A DNA stretch of 64,000 bases from an uncultured Gammaproteobacteria bacterium (GCA_964435035.1 CAYSXR010000006.1:420-64419), one strand, 5' to 3'. Positions 45,263-55,819 are shown, counted from the first letter of the stretch. Notes: generated by a model not told the origin, from the sequence alone. Translations and numbers: made by a program.

Positions 45263-45386
45263 CCTAAATTGACCTCAAGTCAAATATGAAGACGAGTATA
45301 GGATAAAATCAGGCTTTTGTCAATGACAATTATAACACAAAACCTCGGAATCCCGAGGTTTTGTTGAAAAGGAAACATAATGTTCA

Positions 45387-46115
45387 TTATTTTTTCTCGA
45401 ATGCTCGGAGGATTTCAAGGGGGACTGCAAAAATAATGGTATTTGATTGGTCAGAGCTTACATCATTGATTGTACTAAGGGTACGTAGGTGTAAGGCACC
45501 TGGGCTAGCAGAAAGCATGTCTGCAGCTTTTGAAATATTCTCGGCAGCTGCAATTTCTCCTTCTGCCTTGATAATGACTGCTCGCTTTTCACGTTCAGCT
45601 TCGGCCTGTCTTGCAATTACACGTTGCATGTCATCAGGAAGAGTAATATCTTTCAATTCTACTGTCTCAACTTTGATACCCCATACATCGGTTGCAACAT
45701 CGATAATCTCACGAATTTTTTTTGCAGCTTCTTCACGTCTAGCGAGTAGTTCATCGAGTTCGAGTTGCCCCACCACATTGCGCATGGTAGTCTGTGCGAG
45801 TTGTGACACAGCAAACCAGAAATTTTCTACTTCAAGTATTGCTTTTGCTGCATCAGACACGCGATAGTAGATTACGGCATTGATTTTTGCAGATACATTA
45901 TCTTTGGTAATTGCTTCTTGATACGGCACATCCACTGCTTTGGTGCGGATATCCACTTTTTGCATACTCTGGATAATGGGGAATACCAATCTCCATCCTG
46001 GCTCAACAATCTTTGTATATTTACCGAGCTGAAATTTCACACCTCTCTGGTACTGATTCACCTGGCGGACACTGATAAATATGATGAACAGTACGATCCC
46101 TACGAGTACCCACAT
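45387..46115 (-). CDS. SPFH/stomatin (slipin) family protein
   Basis: QEAITKDNV, AQTTMRNVVG, WGIKV..VELKD, QAEAEREKRA. Confidence 0.95.
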   Translation of the reverse strand: MWVLVGIVLFIIFISVRQVNQYQRGVKFQLGKYTKIVEPGWRLVFPIIQSMQKVDIRTKAVDVPYQEAITKDNVSAKINAVIYYRVSDAAKAILEVENFWFAVSQLAQTTMRNVVGQLELDELLARREEAAKKIREIIDVATDVWGIKVETVELKDITLPDDMQRVIARQAEAEREKRAVIIKAEGEIAAAENISKAADMLSASPGALHLRTLSTINDVSSDQSNTIIFAVPLEILRAFEKK

Positions 46116-46222
46116 ATTGTATAATATAAGAATTATGCTGTAAGTATTGCGTAAAGTTCTTATAAATGCAAGAGTGTGGAATAAAAAATCCGTCCTCAGA
46201 CTCGGAGGACGGATGTAGTGTG

Positions 46223-46294
46223 TGGGCCCAGCAGGAATCGAACCTGCATAACCAGCTTAGAAGGCTGGTGTTCTATCCATTGAACTATAGGCCC
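46223..46294 (-). tRNA. tRNA-Arg(TCT)
   Basis: GGGCCTATAGTTCAATGGATAGAAC-CCAGC-CTTCTAA-GCTGG...GGTTCGATTCC. Confidence 0.94.
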
Positions 46295-46410
46295 ATTAAA
46301 AATTTCTAATTATTCTAATTAACCCAATTTTTAAATACTAGACAACTAGATAACCAGTAAACCAGATAACATGTGTAACCACGACATACTACCGTCCAAA
46401 TGCTTGTTTG

Positions 46411-47424
46411 TCAATCATCATTTCGTTTCTTACCATGGAATTTTTTATGAATATTAAGCAATTCTTTGTCAGTAATATGCGTGTATATCTGTGTGGTTGT
46501 AATTGATGCATGCCCGAGCATTGATTGTACACTTCTAATGTCTGCCCCATTTTGGAGCAAATCAGTGGCATAGGAGTGTCGTAGGGTATGTGGAGTCACT
46601 GATTTAGTTATTCCTGCTTCACGGGCATGTTTTTGGACTATACGTTGCACTGAGCGAGGGGTTAGTGGTTCATCCGGACTATTTTTCGAAGAATTTTTTA
46701 TTATCTCATGTTTTTTTGTTCGTTTGTCATGTGATACAAAGAGGTAGGGATGGATATCATTTCGGAGATCTAAATATTTCTTAAGAAAGTATTTTGCTTG
46801 CTCTGAGAGGAAAACGACGCGAGCTTTACGTCCCTTACCAACAACCGTAAACTCATCACGTTTTAGGTTTACATCATCTTTCTTGAGTTTTACTAATTCT
46901 GACACGCGAAGACCGGTAGAAAATAGTAATTCAAGGATAGATTTGTCTCGGTAAGCAATTAAGAGGGTAGGTCCAGCAGAAATCTTACTTCCCTCTGCTT
47001 CCAATTTTTTTGTATTAATATGTTTGAGTGGAGCTTCAAGAATACGGTTGAGATCACTCCCATCGAGAAATGATACCTCGCGATCGGGCATCTTCATGAG
47101 CTCTATTTTTTCAGCAGAAAGCGTTTTGATATCTCGTTTGGCAAGGTATTTGAGAAACGTGCGTAGTGCAATCAAATGATAGTTCTGAGTATTCTTTTTT
47201 AAAGGCTCACCATGTACATCAATCAGCCGATTGAGCCAGAGGCGGTACTGGCGGATGTCTTCGAACGTAATATTTTCTGGTTTTTTATCTTCCCCAAACC
47301 ATTCCACAAAGCGACGAAGATAAAAATCGTAGTTTTTGGTAGTCTTATCACTTCGATTTTTTTCAATTTCGAGGTGTTCGAGGAAATCAGTTTTGTATTT
47401 GGTGAGCGTTTGCATATATTGCAT
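46411..47424 (-). CDS. XerC/D-type tyrosine recombinase
   Basis: LFSTGLRVSEL, GKGRKAR, HTLRHSYAT, LGHASITTTQIYTH; start at 47424 or 47415. Confidence 0.93.
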   Translation of the reverse strand: MQYMQTLTKYKTDFLEHLEIEKNRSDKTTKNYDFYLRRFVEWFGEDKKPENITFEDIRQYRLWLNRLIDVHGEPLKKNTQNYHLIALRTFLKYLAKRDIKTLSAEKIELMKMPDREVSFLDGSDLNRILEAPLKHINTKKLEAEGSKISAGPTLLIAYRDKSILELLFSTGLRVSELVKLKKDDVNLKRDEFTVVGKGRKARVVFLSEQAKYFLKKYLDLRNDIHPYLFVSHDKRTKKHEIIKNSSKNSPDEPLTPRSVQRIVQKHAREAGITKSVTPHTLRHSYATDLLQNGADIRSVQSMLGHASITTTQIYTHITDKELLNIHKKFHGKKRNDD

Positions 47425-47570
47425 ATTTTTTTGTGTCGCACAACATAGTATAACAGAAAAAAACAATTTTTCTAGTAAAATGTCGAAAAAACGGGGTTGA
47501 CAAAACGTGTTTTTTGTGGTATAGTATATAACGTTGCAACATACAATATACAAAAACAAATAAACAAAAT

Positions 47571-47699
47571 ATGCAACCAAAATATTTGGCCACAGACGCC
47601 ATTAAGTCTGAGTTTTCTTTAGTATATTATTATTTAGCAGCAGGGATAATGATTGCAACAGCAGTATTTATCTTTGTTCCTCGTCTAACATTAAGCTGA
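47571..47699 (+). CDS. Small single-TM protein (42 aa), not in the ORF track
   Basis: TTGACA-17-TATAGT at 47497; MQPKYLATDAIKSEFSLVYYYLAAGIMIATAVFIFVPRLTLS; hairpin at about 47706-47730. Confidence 0.6.
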   Translation: MQPKYLATDAIKSEFSLVYYYLAAGIMIATAVFIFVPRLTLS

Positions 47700-47752
47700 C
47701 AAGTGGAAGCAGCCCACCCGGGCTGCTTTCTGTCCTCATTTTTTAACTTACT

Positions 47753-48739
47753 ATGAATAAAAAAATAATATATAGCGCACTAATACTCTCGCTTGGGCTC
47801 ATTTTCTCAAGCGTGCCAGGATTAGTAAAAGCGCAAACTGATGGATCTGCAGCCGAAGTATCAGGAGAGGTGACTGTTGACGCTACATCCAGTAGCGAAA
47901 CAGGTACGTCTGATGAACCTACCGGCTGGAATCTCTTTTTTCTTGGAGTGAAAGAACGTTTTTCACTTCTCACCACATTCGACCCGGTGAAAAAAGCAGA
48001 AAAAGCATTGAAGTTTGCTGAAGAGCGAACAAAAATTGCAGAGAAAATGGCAGAAAAGACCAATGATCCAAAAGTACAAGCACGTCTCGATAGAGTGCTT
48101 AAACGGGCAGGTGAGCTCGAAGAAAGAGCTGATAGTGTAAAAGAAAAACTTTTAGAAAATCCTGACGCACGAGCAAAACTTTTGTTAAAAAATCTTATCA
48201 ATTTTAAAGAGCGTAAAGAAGAAGTATTCTTAAAATTAGAAGAAAAACTGACCTCAGAACAGCTTGAACGCTTGCAAAATATGCGTACACAAGCAGAAGA
48301 GAAAAGCCAGGCTCTTATAAATGCGCTTGAGAATAGCAATCTCCCTGAAGAGGTTCGTGAGCATCTAGAAAGTGTAAAAGTAAAAATTGAAGAGCATCAA
48401 GAAGAAGTTAAAGAATTCCGTGATGAACAAAAAGAACTTCTTGATCGGATAAAAACTGGCGATGATTCTGCAAAAGAAGAATTGCGCACACTCAGAGAAG
48501 ATCGAAAGGTAGAAATTAAAACAAATGTTGAGGATCGTAAAGAAAATAGACAAGAGATAAAACTAAAACTTGAAGAAAAGGCTGATGATCATCCTGCAGC
48601 AGAGCGTAAGCTCGAGCGAATGGAAGATCTAGAAGAGGGTCGAGAGAAAGAGCGAGAGCGAATGGAATCTGATTCTGGTGAAAGAAAACAGAGACAGGTT
48701 CGTCCAGTCTTACCGCTTCAAGAACGACCTCAAAATTAA
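47753..48739 (+). CDS. Secreted charged coiled-coil protein (DUF5667-like)
   Basis: Signal peptide; VKERFSLLTTFDPVKKAE..LKFAEER pattern. Confidence 0.7.
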   Translation: MNKKIIYSALILSLGLIFSSVPGLVKAQTDGSAAEVSGEVTVDATSSSETGTSDEPTGWNLFFLGVKERFSLLTTFDPVKKAEKALKFAEERTKIAEKMAEKTNDPKVQARLDRVLKRAGELEERADSVKEKLLENPDARAKLLLKNLINFKERKEEVFLKLEEKLTSEQLERLQNMRTQAEEKSQALINALENSNLPEEVREHLESVKVKIEEHQEEVKEFRDEQKELLDRIKTGDDSAKEELRTLREDRKVEIKTNVEDRKENRQEIKLKLEEKADDHPAAERKLERMEDLEEGREKERERMESDSGERKQRQVRPVLPLQERPQN

Positions 48740-48794
48740 TTAGAACTATAAGACTGGTTGAAATCCAGTCTTTTTTTCGCTATGCTTAGGTCCT

Positions 48795-49277
48795 ATGAAA
48801 CCAGAACTTACTCTCATACTCCCTAATATCCGCTCATGCCACAATGTGGGTGCCATGTTTCGGACAGCCGATGCATGCGGATTTAATAAAATCTATCTCG
48901 TTGGGTATACCCCTGTTCCGCCACGTCCTGAAATAGATAAGGTAGCTTTGGGGGCTGAAAAAACAGTGCCTTGGGAACATAAGAAGAGCTTGGCGCGGTT
49001 GCTCACTAGTTTGAAAAAAGAAGGATATACTATTGTTGCTTTGGAAAAAACAAAAGAGAGTGTTGAATTAAGTAAACTAACTAAAAAATTACTTGGTACA
49101 AAAATAGCTCTCATTGTAGGAAACGAAGTTGAGGGAATTGATGTAAAGAATATTAAGAAGAGTGATATCGTCACGCATATTCCTATGCGTGGAATGAAGG
49201 AGAGTCTCAATGTGTCTGTGGCTGCGGGAATTGCGATGTACGCGGTAACCCAAAAAATAAAGAAAGATAGAAAGTAG
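48795..49277 (+). CDS. TrmH/SpoU-family RNA methyltransferase
   Basis: NIRSCHNVGAMFRTAD, GNEVEGI, IPMRGMKESLNVSVA. Confidence 0.93.
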   Translation: MKPELTLILPNIRSCHNVGAMFRTADACGFNKIYLVGYTPVPPRPEIDKVALGAEKTVPWEHKKSLARLLTSLKKEGYTIVALEKTKESVELSKLTKKLLGTKIALIVGNEVEGIDVKNIKKSDIVTHIPMRGMKESLNVSVAAGIAMYAVTQKIKKDRK

Positions 49278-49426
49278 GGAGGAACAGAAGACAAGTTTTA
49301 CTGCTATATGTTGATTGACAAACAGCATATTTTGTGGTATATCATATATCGTTTTTGGTGTAGTTTTGTTATACTCTCCACATATTTTTTTGAAAATACT
49401 ATAAAAATCTATTCTACATAATTTGT

Positions 49427-50470
49427 ATGTCTACACTTAAATCGCTGCATTATATTCGTTCTCTACCAGAAGGTGTGATTCAGGGTGAAGAAGTCAGTAT
49501 ATCAACTAAAAGAATTTTAGAAGAAGCCGAAAATTTGGGAATTACGTGGGAAATACTACCTAATACCGAGATGATTAGGTTAAGTTATAAGGATAACGTA
49601 CAAATTGTAAAAAACCGTCTTCCAAATACGACGAGTAAAAATGCATATGAGGTCTGTCATGATAAGCAGATATGTAAAATGATACTCGAAAAAGCTGGAT
49701 TGGAGGGGATGCCAGGATTCCTTATTTATAAAGAAGACACTGAAGTACGGATCAAGTCCATGTGGGATGCTTTACAAAAGCCATTAGTATTAAAGCCCTC
49801 AAAAGGCTCTCATGGCGACGGAGTAATCGTTGGGCTTACAGATTTTTCTGAATGTGTAGGAAAAATTCGTGAATATTTTGAGACACCTCTGTATGAAGGC
49901 GGATTAATATTAGAAGAAATGTTTGTGGGTAAGGAGTATCGAATTCTCGCAACGCCAGAAAAAGTGTTGGCAGTGATCGAGAGAATTCCTGCGCACGTAA
50001 TAGGTGATGGAAAACATACGATTGAACAGTTGATTGAAATTGAAAATCGTAATCCTATACGTAATATTAATGAGTTTATTTACCCGCATCTTGCTTTGAA
50101 CGAGACTTCTTTTAAACTTCTCAGAGCACAAAAATTAACTCCGGAGTCTGTGCCGGAAAACGGGCAGCATGTGGTGCTCCAAAAAATTTCTAATATTATG
50201 GCTGGAGGAGTGGCTATTGATCGGACAGATGAAGTGCATGAGTCAGTTAAAAGAATTGCGATAGAAGCAACCCGTGCAATTCCAGGTCTCAGTTGGACAG
50301 GTATTGATTTTATGACTAAAGATGTCTACAAACCGCAGTCAAAAGGTACTTATACGATTATCGAAATGAACCACGCACCTGGATTTGACATGCATGATAT
50401 GCCAATGCAGGGCGAGCCAAGAGGGGTAACAAAAGAGTTTTTATATTTAATGTTTCCGGAGTTGCGCTAG
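49427..50470 (+). CDS. Stand-alone ATP-grasp ligase (CphA/GshAB-like)
   Basis: DK..CK..L, PLVLKPSKGSHGDGV, EYRIL, RIPAHVIGDG..TI.QLI..EN, GIDFM, IIEMNHAPG. Confidence 0.85.
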   Translation: MSTLKSLHYIRSLPEGVIQGEEVSISTKRILEEAENLGITWEILPNTEMIRLSYKDNVQIVKNRLPNTTSKNAYEVCHDKQICKMILEKAGLEGMPGFLIYKEDTEVRIKSMWDALQKPLVLKPSKGSHGDGVIVGLTDFSECVGKIREYFETPLYEGGLILEEMFVGKEYRILATPEKVLAVIERIPAHVIGDGKHTIEQLIEIENRNPIRNINEFIYPHLALNETSFKLLRAQKLTPESVPENGQHVVLQKISNIMAGGVAIDRTDEVHESVKRIAIEATRAIPGLSWTGIDFMTKDVYKPQSKGTYTIIEMNHAPGFDMHDMPMQGEPRGVTKEFLYLMFPELR

Positions 50471-50614
50471 TATACAAAATATATAAAAGTCGGCGAAAGC
50501 CGGTTTTTTTATTTCTATGTATTAATCTATCACTGTATACTGGAACAATTTTGCTAAAAATCAACCGGTATCGTATAGTGTTAAGTACTTTATTAAGTGG
50601 GGTAATAAATATAT

Positions 50615-51283
50615 ATGAATACAGTAGTTTTCGATATCGAGACAATTCCAGTACCTTTTGACGAATTGGATGAAGATCAACAAAGTTATTTGCTTAAATT
50701 TGCGGAAAATGGGGAAGATGAAGAAAAAGTAAAACAACAAATGGCGTTGTGGGCTCCGACGAACAGGATTGTAGCGATCGGTATGCTCTCAATCGAGAGC
50801 GGAAAAGGAGCGGTTTACTTTCAGGTCTCAGGAGAGGTAGTTGAACCATATGAAAAAGATGGAATTAAGTACGAGTGTGGTACTGAAAAAGAAATTCTCG
50901 AAAAATTCTGGAAAGCAATTTCATTTTCTCATAAATTTGTCACCTTTAATGGACGTGGATTTGACTGTCCAGTACTCATGCTCCGGTCAGCAATGCTTGG
51001 GGTGAAGCCTACTAAAAATTTAGCTCCCTATCGGTATAGTACTGATGCTCACGTCGATTTACTTGAGCAATTGACCTTCTATAATGCATATCGGAAATTC
51101 AATCTTGATTTTTATTGCAAAGCATTTGGAATCAAGTCGCCCAAATCAAATGGGATGAACGGGCATGAAGTATTGCCCATGTTTCAAGCAGGAAAATGCA
51201 AGGAAATTGCAGAGTATTGTGCGGGAGATTTGCATGCAACAAAAGAATTGTATATACGGTGGAAAGAGAATTTATCTTTCTAG
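50615..51283 (+). CDS. Predicted 3'-5' exonuclease (PolB/RNase H-like)
   Basis: VFDIET, VTFNGRGFD.P, H.DL, YCAGD (DEDDy). Confidence 0.88.
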   Translation: MNTVVFDIETIPVPFDELDEDQQSYLLKFAENGEDEEKVKQQMALWAPTNRIVAIGMLSIESGKGAVYFQVSGEVVEPYEKDGIKYECGTEKEILEKFWKAISFSHKFVTFNGRGFDCPVLMLRSAMLGVKPTKNLAPYRYSTDAHVDLLEQLTFYNAYRKFNLDFYCKAFGIKSPKSNGMNGHEVLPMFQAGKCKEIAEYCAGDLHATKELYIRWKENLSF

Positions 51284-51287
51284 AATG

Positions 51288-51383
51288 TAAAACTTAAATC
51301 TCAAAACGCAAAACTGTAACTTAAATGTCAAAACTTTTAGTTTTTAGCTATAGTTTTAACTTTTGAGTTTTACGCTTTGAGTT
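51288..51383. repeat. Heptamer (CAAAACT/AGTTTT-type) inverted element
   Basis: AAAACTTAAATCTCAAAACGCAAAAC...TTTTGAGTTTTACGCTTTGAGTT; related arms near 55647 and 57932. Confidence 0.65.
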
Positions 51384-51414
51384 TACCTGAATTTTGCCGT
51401 ATACTATCTCCACT

Positions 51415-52119
51415 ATGCAACCCATCATTCAACATACCCTCACCATTTACGAAACGATTCTTAATCGTCTCCCACCATTAGTACCTCGAAATGTAAAACA
51501 AAATCTTGAGGTAGAGATCGATCGTCTTTTTAGAACCGAAAGCACCACTCTTCACGAAGTAGAACAATCCATGGCAGAACATGGCATGATTGTATGGCCG
51601 TATATGCGGGCATTTGAAGAAATGGTGGAACATCATGAAAAAACAATGGGTGATAAGTTTTTCATGCAAAAGGCTTCTCCGGGTCTCCGAAAAAAATATC
51701 TGCTAGTGCGTGATTTGGGCGGAGAATTTACACACGTATCACGTGGTACATTACCTGAGCATTTTAATCATGCTGAAAAACAAGAATTGAATGAACTATT
51801 GGTAGATTTGAAGCATGATATCCGACGCTACGCTATGCAGGCAGTACTCACCCATGATCGAAAAACATATGAAGAAAAGATCGAATATTATGGTGGTATG
51901 ATAGAAGAAATTAATAAGGTACTTACATCACTTCGAGATCTTGCTGAAAACCAAAATGAACATCATCGTGATTTGGCACAGGATATTCAGAGTAACATTA
52001 AAGCAATCGAACATAGTATTTCATTTCTCGGCCCACGAATAGAAATAGAAGAAATACGAGGAATGCCCGAGTATTTTCAAGGAAAAAGAGAAGAACGGAA
52101 AGTTCGATGGGGAGTATAA
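51415..52119 (+). CDS. Hypothetical helical protein
   Basis: Long ORF with host-like codon usage. Confidence 0.7.
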   Translation: MQPIIQHTLTIYETILNRLPPLVPRNVKQNLEVEIDRLFRTESTTLHEVEQSMAEHGMIVWPYMRAFEEMVEHHEKTMGDKFFMQKASPGLRKKYLLVRDLGGEFTHVSRGTLPEHFNHAEKQELNELLVDLKHDIRRYAMQAVLTHDRKTYEEKIEYYGGMIEEINKVLTSLRDLAENQNEHHRDLAQDIQSNIKAIEHSISFLGPRIEIEEIRGMPEYFQGKREERKVRWGV

Positions 52120-52158
52120 TAAAATAATGTAGGTGTGCTGCAACACACCTACATTATT

Positions 52159-52962
52159 TTATTTCCAGTCTGGTGAGGAAGGGATTTCGCTATGTCTTAT
52201 TGTGTGTGTACTATAATGTTTGTTTGAGAACAGTATTGGAAATTTTGTCTTAAGGTCATCATCTGATTTTTCTGAAATAAGCAATGCTGTGGTAGCAAAT
52301 TCGTCATGTGTGTTGCCCAAAAATACGAGCATGTCATCGGCAAATTCAGGCACACGATCGAATATTTCATTCAATGTGTCTGTGGGAACATGTTTGCGAG
52401 GGATAAATGGACGACCACCAATTTGAGTTTTGTAACAGGGAAGTCCGATTGCAGAATGAAACCCATATACATTACGGTCAACTCCGTGTGAAACAAATTC
52501 ATACCCGTTCTTCAAGGCGTATTCATTTAAGTGAATCTCCGCAACAAAAGCAATACTAATCGGAGTTTTTTCCGGTATGTGGTGAGGGAAGAATTTGTAA
52601 TTACTTGAAACACTTTTTGTCTCAGTGTTGTGTGAAAGAATTAATCCCCCCAGATATTCTGTATTTTTGTATAATGATAATGCAGCGTATTCTCTCCCCC
52701 GTTCTCTCCCTTTTTTAATTCTATCTCGAATAGGGAAAATAACACCTCGTTCTTTCGAGGCGATATGCGCCTCATACAAAGGAATAAATTTATCCAAATA
52801 TGAATCATCAATATTTTCAATAATAAAACGATATCCTGCTTCTTCCAGAATGGGTATGGATTTTTTGATACGAGATGCTGTTTGTTTTCCAAACGGAGAA
52901 AAAGGGTCCGAATCTTTGAAGAAAATTTGCCAACTAATATGACGAGGAAAGAATATATCCAT
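52159..52962 (-). CDS. Hypothetical protein, possible GNAT/FemAB-like fold
   Basis: F.PLY..HI..K, LGGLI, HG.D.N.YG and GL..YK..IG motifs resemble Fem/GNAT_6 proteins. Confidence 0.55.
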   Translation of the reverse strand: MDIFFPRHISWQIFFKDSDPFSPFGKQTASRIKKSIPILEEAGYRFIIENIDDSYLDKFIPLYEAHIASKERGVIFPIRDRIKKGRERGREYAALSLYKNTEYLGGLILSHNTETKSVSSNYKFFPHHIPEKTPISIAFVAEIHLNEYALKNGYEFVSHGVDRNVYGFHSAIGLPCYKTQIGGRPFIPRKHVPTDTLNEIFDRVPEFADDMLVFLGNTHDEFATTALLISEKSDDDLKTKFPILFSNKHYSTHTIRHSEIPSSPDWK

Positions 52963-53006
52963 AGTTTATTGATGTGTGTCTGATATGGAATTAGATGATG
53001 CCTATA

Positions 53007-54290
53007 TTATACCACTTCTATTTCAATCATCTGTTCGAGTCGGTGCACATCAGCGAGCAGTTTTGATTTTTCAGGATTAAACAAGATGATGTTAAATATA
53101 CCGGTCCCACCATTTTTTGCATAATTACACTGATCTCCAATTTTTTTATTAATCGTAATTTCTTTGAAAGATTCGAGTTCTTGTGCGCGTTTGAGGCCTG
53201 CAAGCTTCGTGAGCTTTCCTTCTTTTCGTGCAAAAAATTGCATTCCTGCGGTATATCCTTTCAGCTTTCGTTTAATAATTGGTTTTTCAGGGATACGAAT
53301 CAAAAAGTCGTTAACCGAATGTGGTATTCCATAGGAGTATCCATACATTTCATTACGGAATCCCCCAATCCTGGCACCTACTTCGATAACTTTCCATCCG
53401 CCCTCGGTCTTCATAAGTTCGATATGTGCAGTGGTACTCCGAAGTGCAAGTGCGTGGACTGCTTCACGAGCAACATTTTTGGCGGCTTCAATACTTTCTT
53501 TGCTGAGGTTGGTTGGAAGCATTCGTACATAGCCGAAAAAATCGTCAAATCCGATTGAGCGCCCAGTCTTGATATGCACGAACGGTAAGAAGGTTATTTT
53601 ACCTCTGGTGGTGACATAGGCATCAACTGAATACATCTCTCCTTCCATAAAATGTTCTACAAGTACTTGTGGTTCCCAATTTCCACCAGTACTCTCATAC
53701 ACGGCTTTGATTTTCTTGTATACTTTCTTCAGAGTTGATTCCAACTCTTCTTTGTGAAAACAAAGAGACACTAGTCTGCTGGCAGCAAGTCCGGTTGGTT
53801 TGACGATGAGTGGGAAACCAACGTTTTTCTCGATTTTTTCAAGAGAGGCTGGGTCAGTGTCGGTAACAACGATATAAGGAGGGCAAATTTTTTTATTGTA
53901 GGTATAAAGTCTCCGTCGCATTTCAAGTTTATTTGAGGACCATCGTAGAGATTCACTAGTCGGAGTACGTAGATACGGTACAAAAGGGATGATGCGTGCA
54001 AACATATTAATATAGTCTTCACCACGGCAGGTAATTGCAAGAAGCTCGTCTTCGTAAGGTAAAAGTGCCGCTTGGATCATGCGATCAGAAGAAGTATCAC
54101 ATGGAATCGCTACGTCAATAGATTTCAGTAATTCGTCACTCGGGGAATTACGTTTATCTTTGATGTCGTAGAGTAACCCAATGCGAAGTGGTCGTTTGGT
54201 GCGTTTTGCAAATTTTCTGATATCAGTAATAATATAGGTCGGGATTCTTCCTACATAGAGAACAATATTTTGCTTCTTTTTTAAAGACAT
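53007..54290 (-). CDS. ATP-grasp protein (L-amino-acid ligase-like)
   Basis: NKLEMR, GFPLIVKP...AS.LV, VLVEHFMEGEMYSVD, HIEL, IEVGARIGG. Confidence 0.87.
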   Translation of the reverse strand: MSLKKKQNIVLYVGRIPTYIITDIRKFAKRTKRPLRIGLLYDIKDKRNSPSDELLKSIDVAIPCDTSSDRMIQAALLPYEDELLAITCRGEDYINMFARIIPFVPYLRTPTSESLRWSSNKLEMRRRLYTYNKKICPPYIVVTDTDPASLEKIEKNVGFPLIVKPTGLAASRLVSLCFHKEELESTLKKVYKKIKAVYESTGGNWEPQVLVEHFMEGEMYSVDAYVTTRGKITFLPFVHIKTGRSIGFDDFFGYVRMLPTNLSKESIEAAKNVAREAVHALALRSTTAHIELMKTEGGWKVIEVGARIGGFRNEMYGYSYGIPHSVNDFLIRIPEKPIIKRKLKGYTAGMQFFARKEGKLTKLAGLKRAQELESFKEITINKKIGDQCNYAKNGGTGIFNIILFNPEKSKLLADVHRLEQMIEIEVV

Positions 54291-54354
54291 AGGGCAAATT
54301 ATCCGAAGAAAAAGCGTGCGGTTTTATACCACACAGAAGTTATTTTGTCAAGTC

Positions 54355-55326
54355 TTAGACCAGAAGTTTTGGCTTAATTGAGCTATATTTTTTGAGAATA
54401 GTCGCAATTTGTTTTTTGGTAAGGGTGCCTGTGTGTCCACCAAATTGTTGGACAACACCTGAAGCGTTTGCTGTACCCCAGGACATTGCTTGTGGAATCG
54501 AGTGTCCACTGAGGTGTGCACTTATAAATCCACTCGCGTAGGCGTCTCCTGCGCCAGTTCGTGAGAGTGTTTTTACGGGGAACCGTGGCATATGATAGAG
54601 AGACTCTCCATTAGATACATATGATCCTCTCGACCCATCGGTAACCACGACGATCCGAACTCCTTTGGTGTGTAAGAGTGCTATAAGCTCTTGGACAGTC
54701 CCCTTAGATTGGGTAATTTTCTCAGCTTCTTCTTTGTTTACAAATAAAATATCAGTGAAAGGTAAAATTTGTCGTGTTTTTTGTATACCTTGACCAAATT
54801 GGTGTGATCCGGGATTGCATGCCAGAATTACTGTTTTGTGTTTTTTCTTGTATGCAATGACCTCATCCTGAATTCGTTCAAATGTTTTTCCTAGAGAAGT
54901 ATAATAGATGGCTTTGGTAGTGGGTAGTTTTGGCTTCTGGTATGTACGGGGAGCGTGATACGAAAGAATCGTTCGTTCTCCTTTATAGCTCAATACCACT
55001 GAATATCTTGTTTCTTTCCCTTTGTTTATGTGTACGAGGTTGGTATTAACGCCCATTTTGGTCAAATCATCATTGATGAGTAGTCCGTTGATATCTTCTC
55101 CCACTTCAGTGACTATTGCTGTTTTGAGGCCCAATTTTGCGCCTCCAGCAGCTACGTTCGCAGCATTCCCGCCAATTGCTTGGATCGCGCCATTGATCGG
55201 AATTTTATCTGCATACGTAAAACAGAGCTGGCATTCATTGGTTTTGATATCACAGTTGAGAGTGGCTTCGTCGATCAAGAGGAACATGTCGACAGTGGAG
55301 TCACCAATAGTTACAAGATCGTACAT
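54355..55326 (-). CDS. PfkB-family carbohydrate kinase
   Basis: GGNAANVA, LFVNKEEA, VVTDGSRG, RTGAGDAY. Confidence 0.93.
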   Translation of the reverse strand: MYDLVTIGDSTVDMFLLIDEATLNCDIKTNECQLCFTYADKIPINGAIQAIGGNAANVAAGGAKLGLKTAIVTEVGEDINGLLINDDLTKMGVNTNLVHINKGKETRYSVVLSYKGERTILSYHAPRTYQKPKLPTTKAIYYTSLGKTFERIQDEVIAYKKKHKTVILACNPGSHQFGQGIQKTRQILPFTDILFVNKEEAEKITQSKGTVQELIALLHTKGVRIVVVTDGSRGSYVSNGESLYHMPRFPVKTLSRTGAGDAYASGFISAHLSGHSIPQAMSWGTANASGVVQQFGGHTGTLTKKQIATILKKYSSIKPKLLV

Positions 55327-55330
55327 AGCA

Positions 55331-55639
55331 TTAGCGTAATTTTTTAACACGTTCGAGTTGTTCAGGGTTATGTTTGTGAAGTCCAGTGAGTATTTCAATA
55401 AATTCAATCATCGAATTCAAGGCGAATGCGCCCATCGCAAGAACAAAGACGAGATTTGCGATGTAAATTGCATAGACGAGAAGGCAGGATGCTCCAAGAA
55501 AAAATACCAAATCCTGTCGGCGCTCTGCTTCGAGAAAGACTCCATATGAAAGAAGGAGAATACCTAAGAAAGCTGAAACATAGACAAGTGTCTCAGTAAT
55601 AGTCGAGGGAAGTACCGGAAATACTGATTCGAGGAACAT
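55331..55639 (-). CDS. Small multi-TM membrane protein
   Basis: Three hydrophobic segments; in the same run as pfkB. Confidence 0.7.
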   Translation of the reverse strand: MFLESVFPVLPSTITETLVYVSAFLGILLLSYGVFLEAERRQDLVFFLGASCLLVYAIYIANLVFVLAMGAFALNSMIEFIEILTGLHKHNPEQLERVKKLR

Positions 55640-55727
55640 AGATTTGAAACTCAAAGCTCAAAAGTAAAAACGCAAAGCTATAATACAAATGTAAGTATAG
55701 CAAAATGGAAGTAAATAACAAACATGT

Positions 55728-55818
55728 AATTATTCTAATTGTACTAATTGACCTAAGTACTCTAAATAAATTCAAATCAAGGGTATTTTTAGAATAATTA
55801 GGTTAATTAGAATAATTT
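55728..55818. repeat. 9-mer (CTAATT/AATTAG) inverted element
   Basis: AATTATTCTAATTGTACTAATTGACCTAA...TTAGAATAATTAGGTTAATTAGAATAATT; related arm at 46300-46330. Confidence 0.65.
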
Positions 55819-55819
55819 A

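Noticed and set aside
46223-47424. Tyrosine recombinase next to tRNA-Arg as a prophage or island integrase
   Set aside because: It lies upstream of the tRNA, looks like a housekeeping XerC/D, and has no phage genes or duplicated tRNA end nearby
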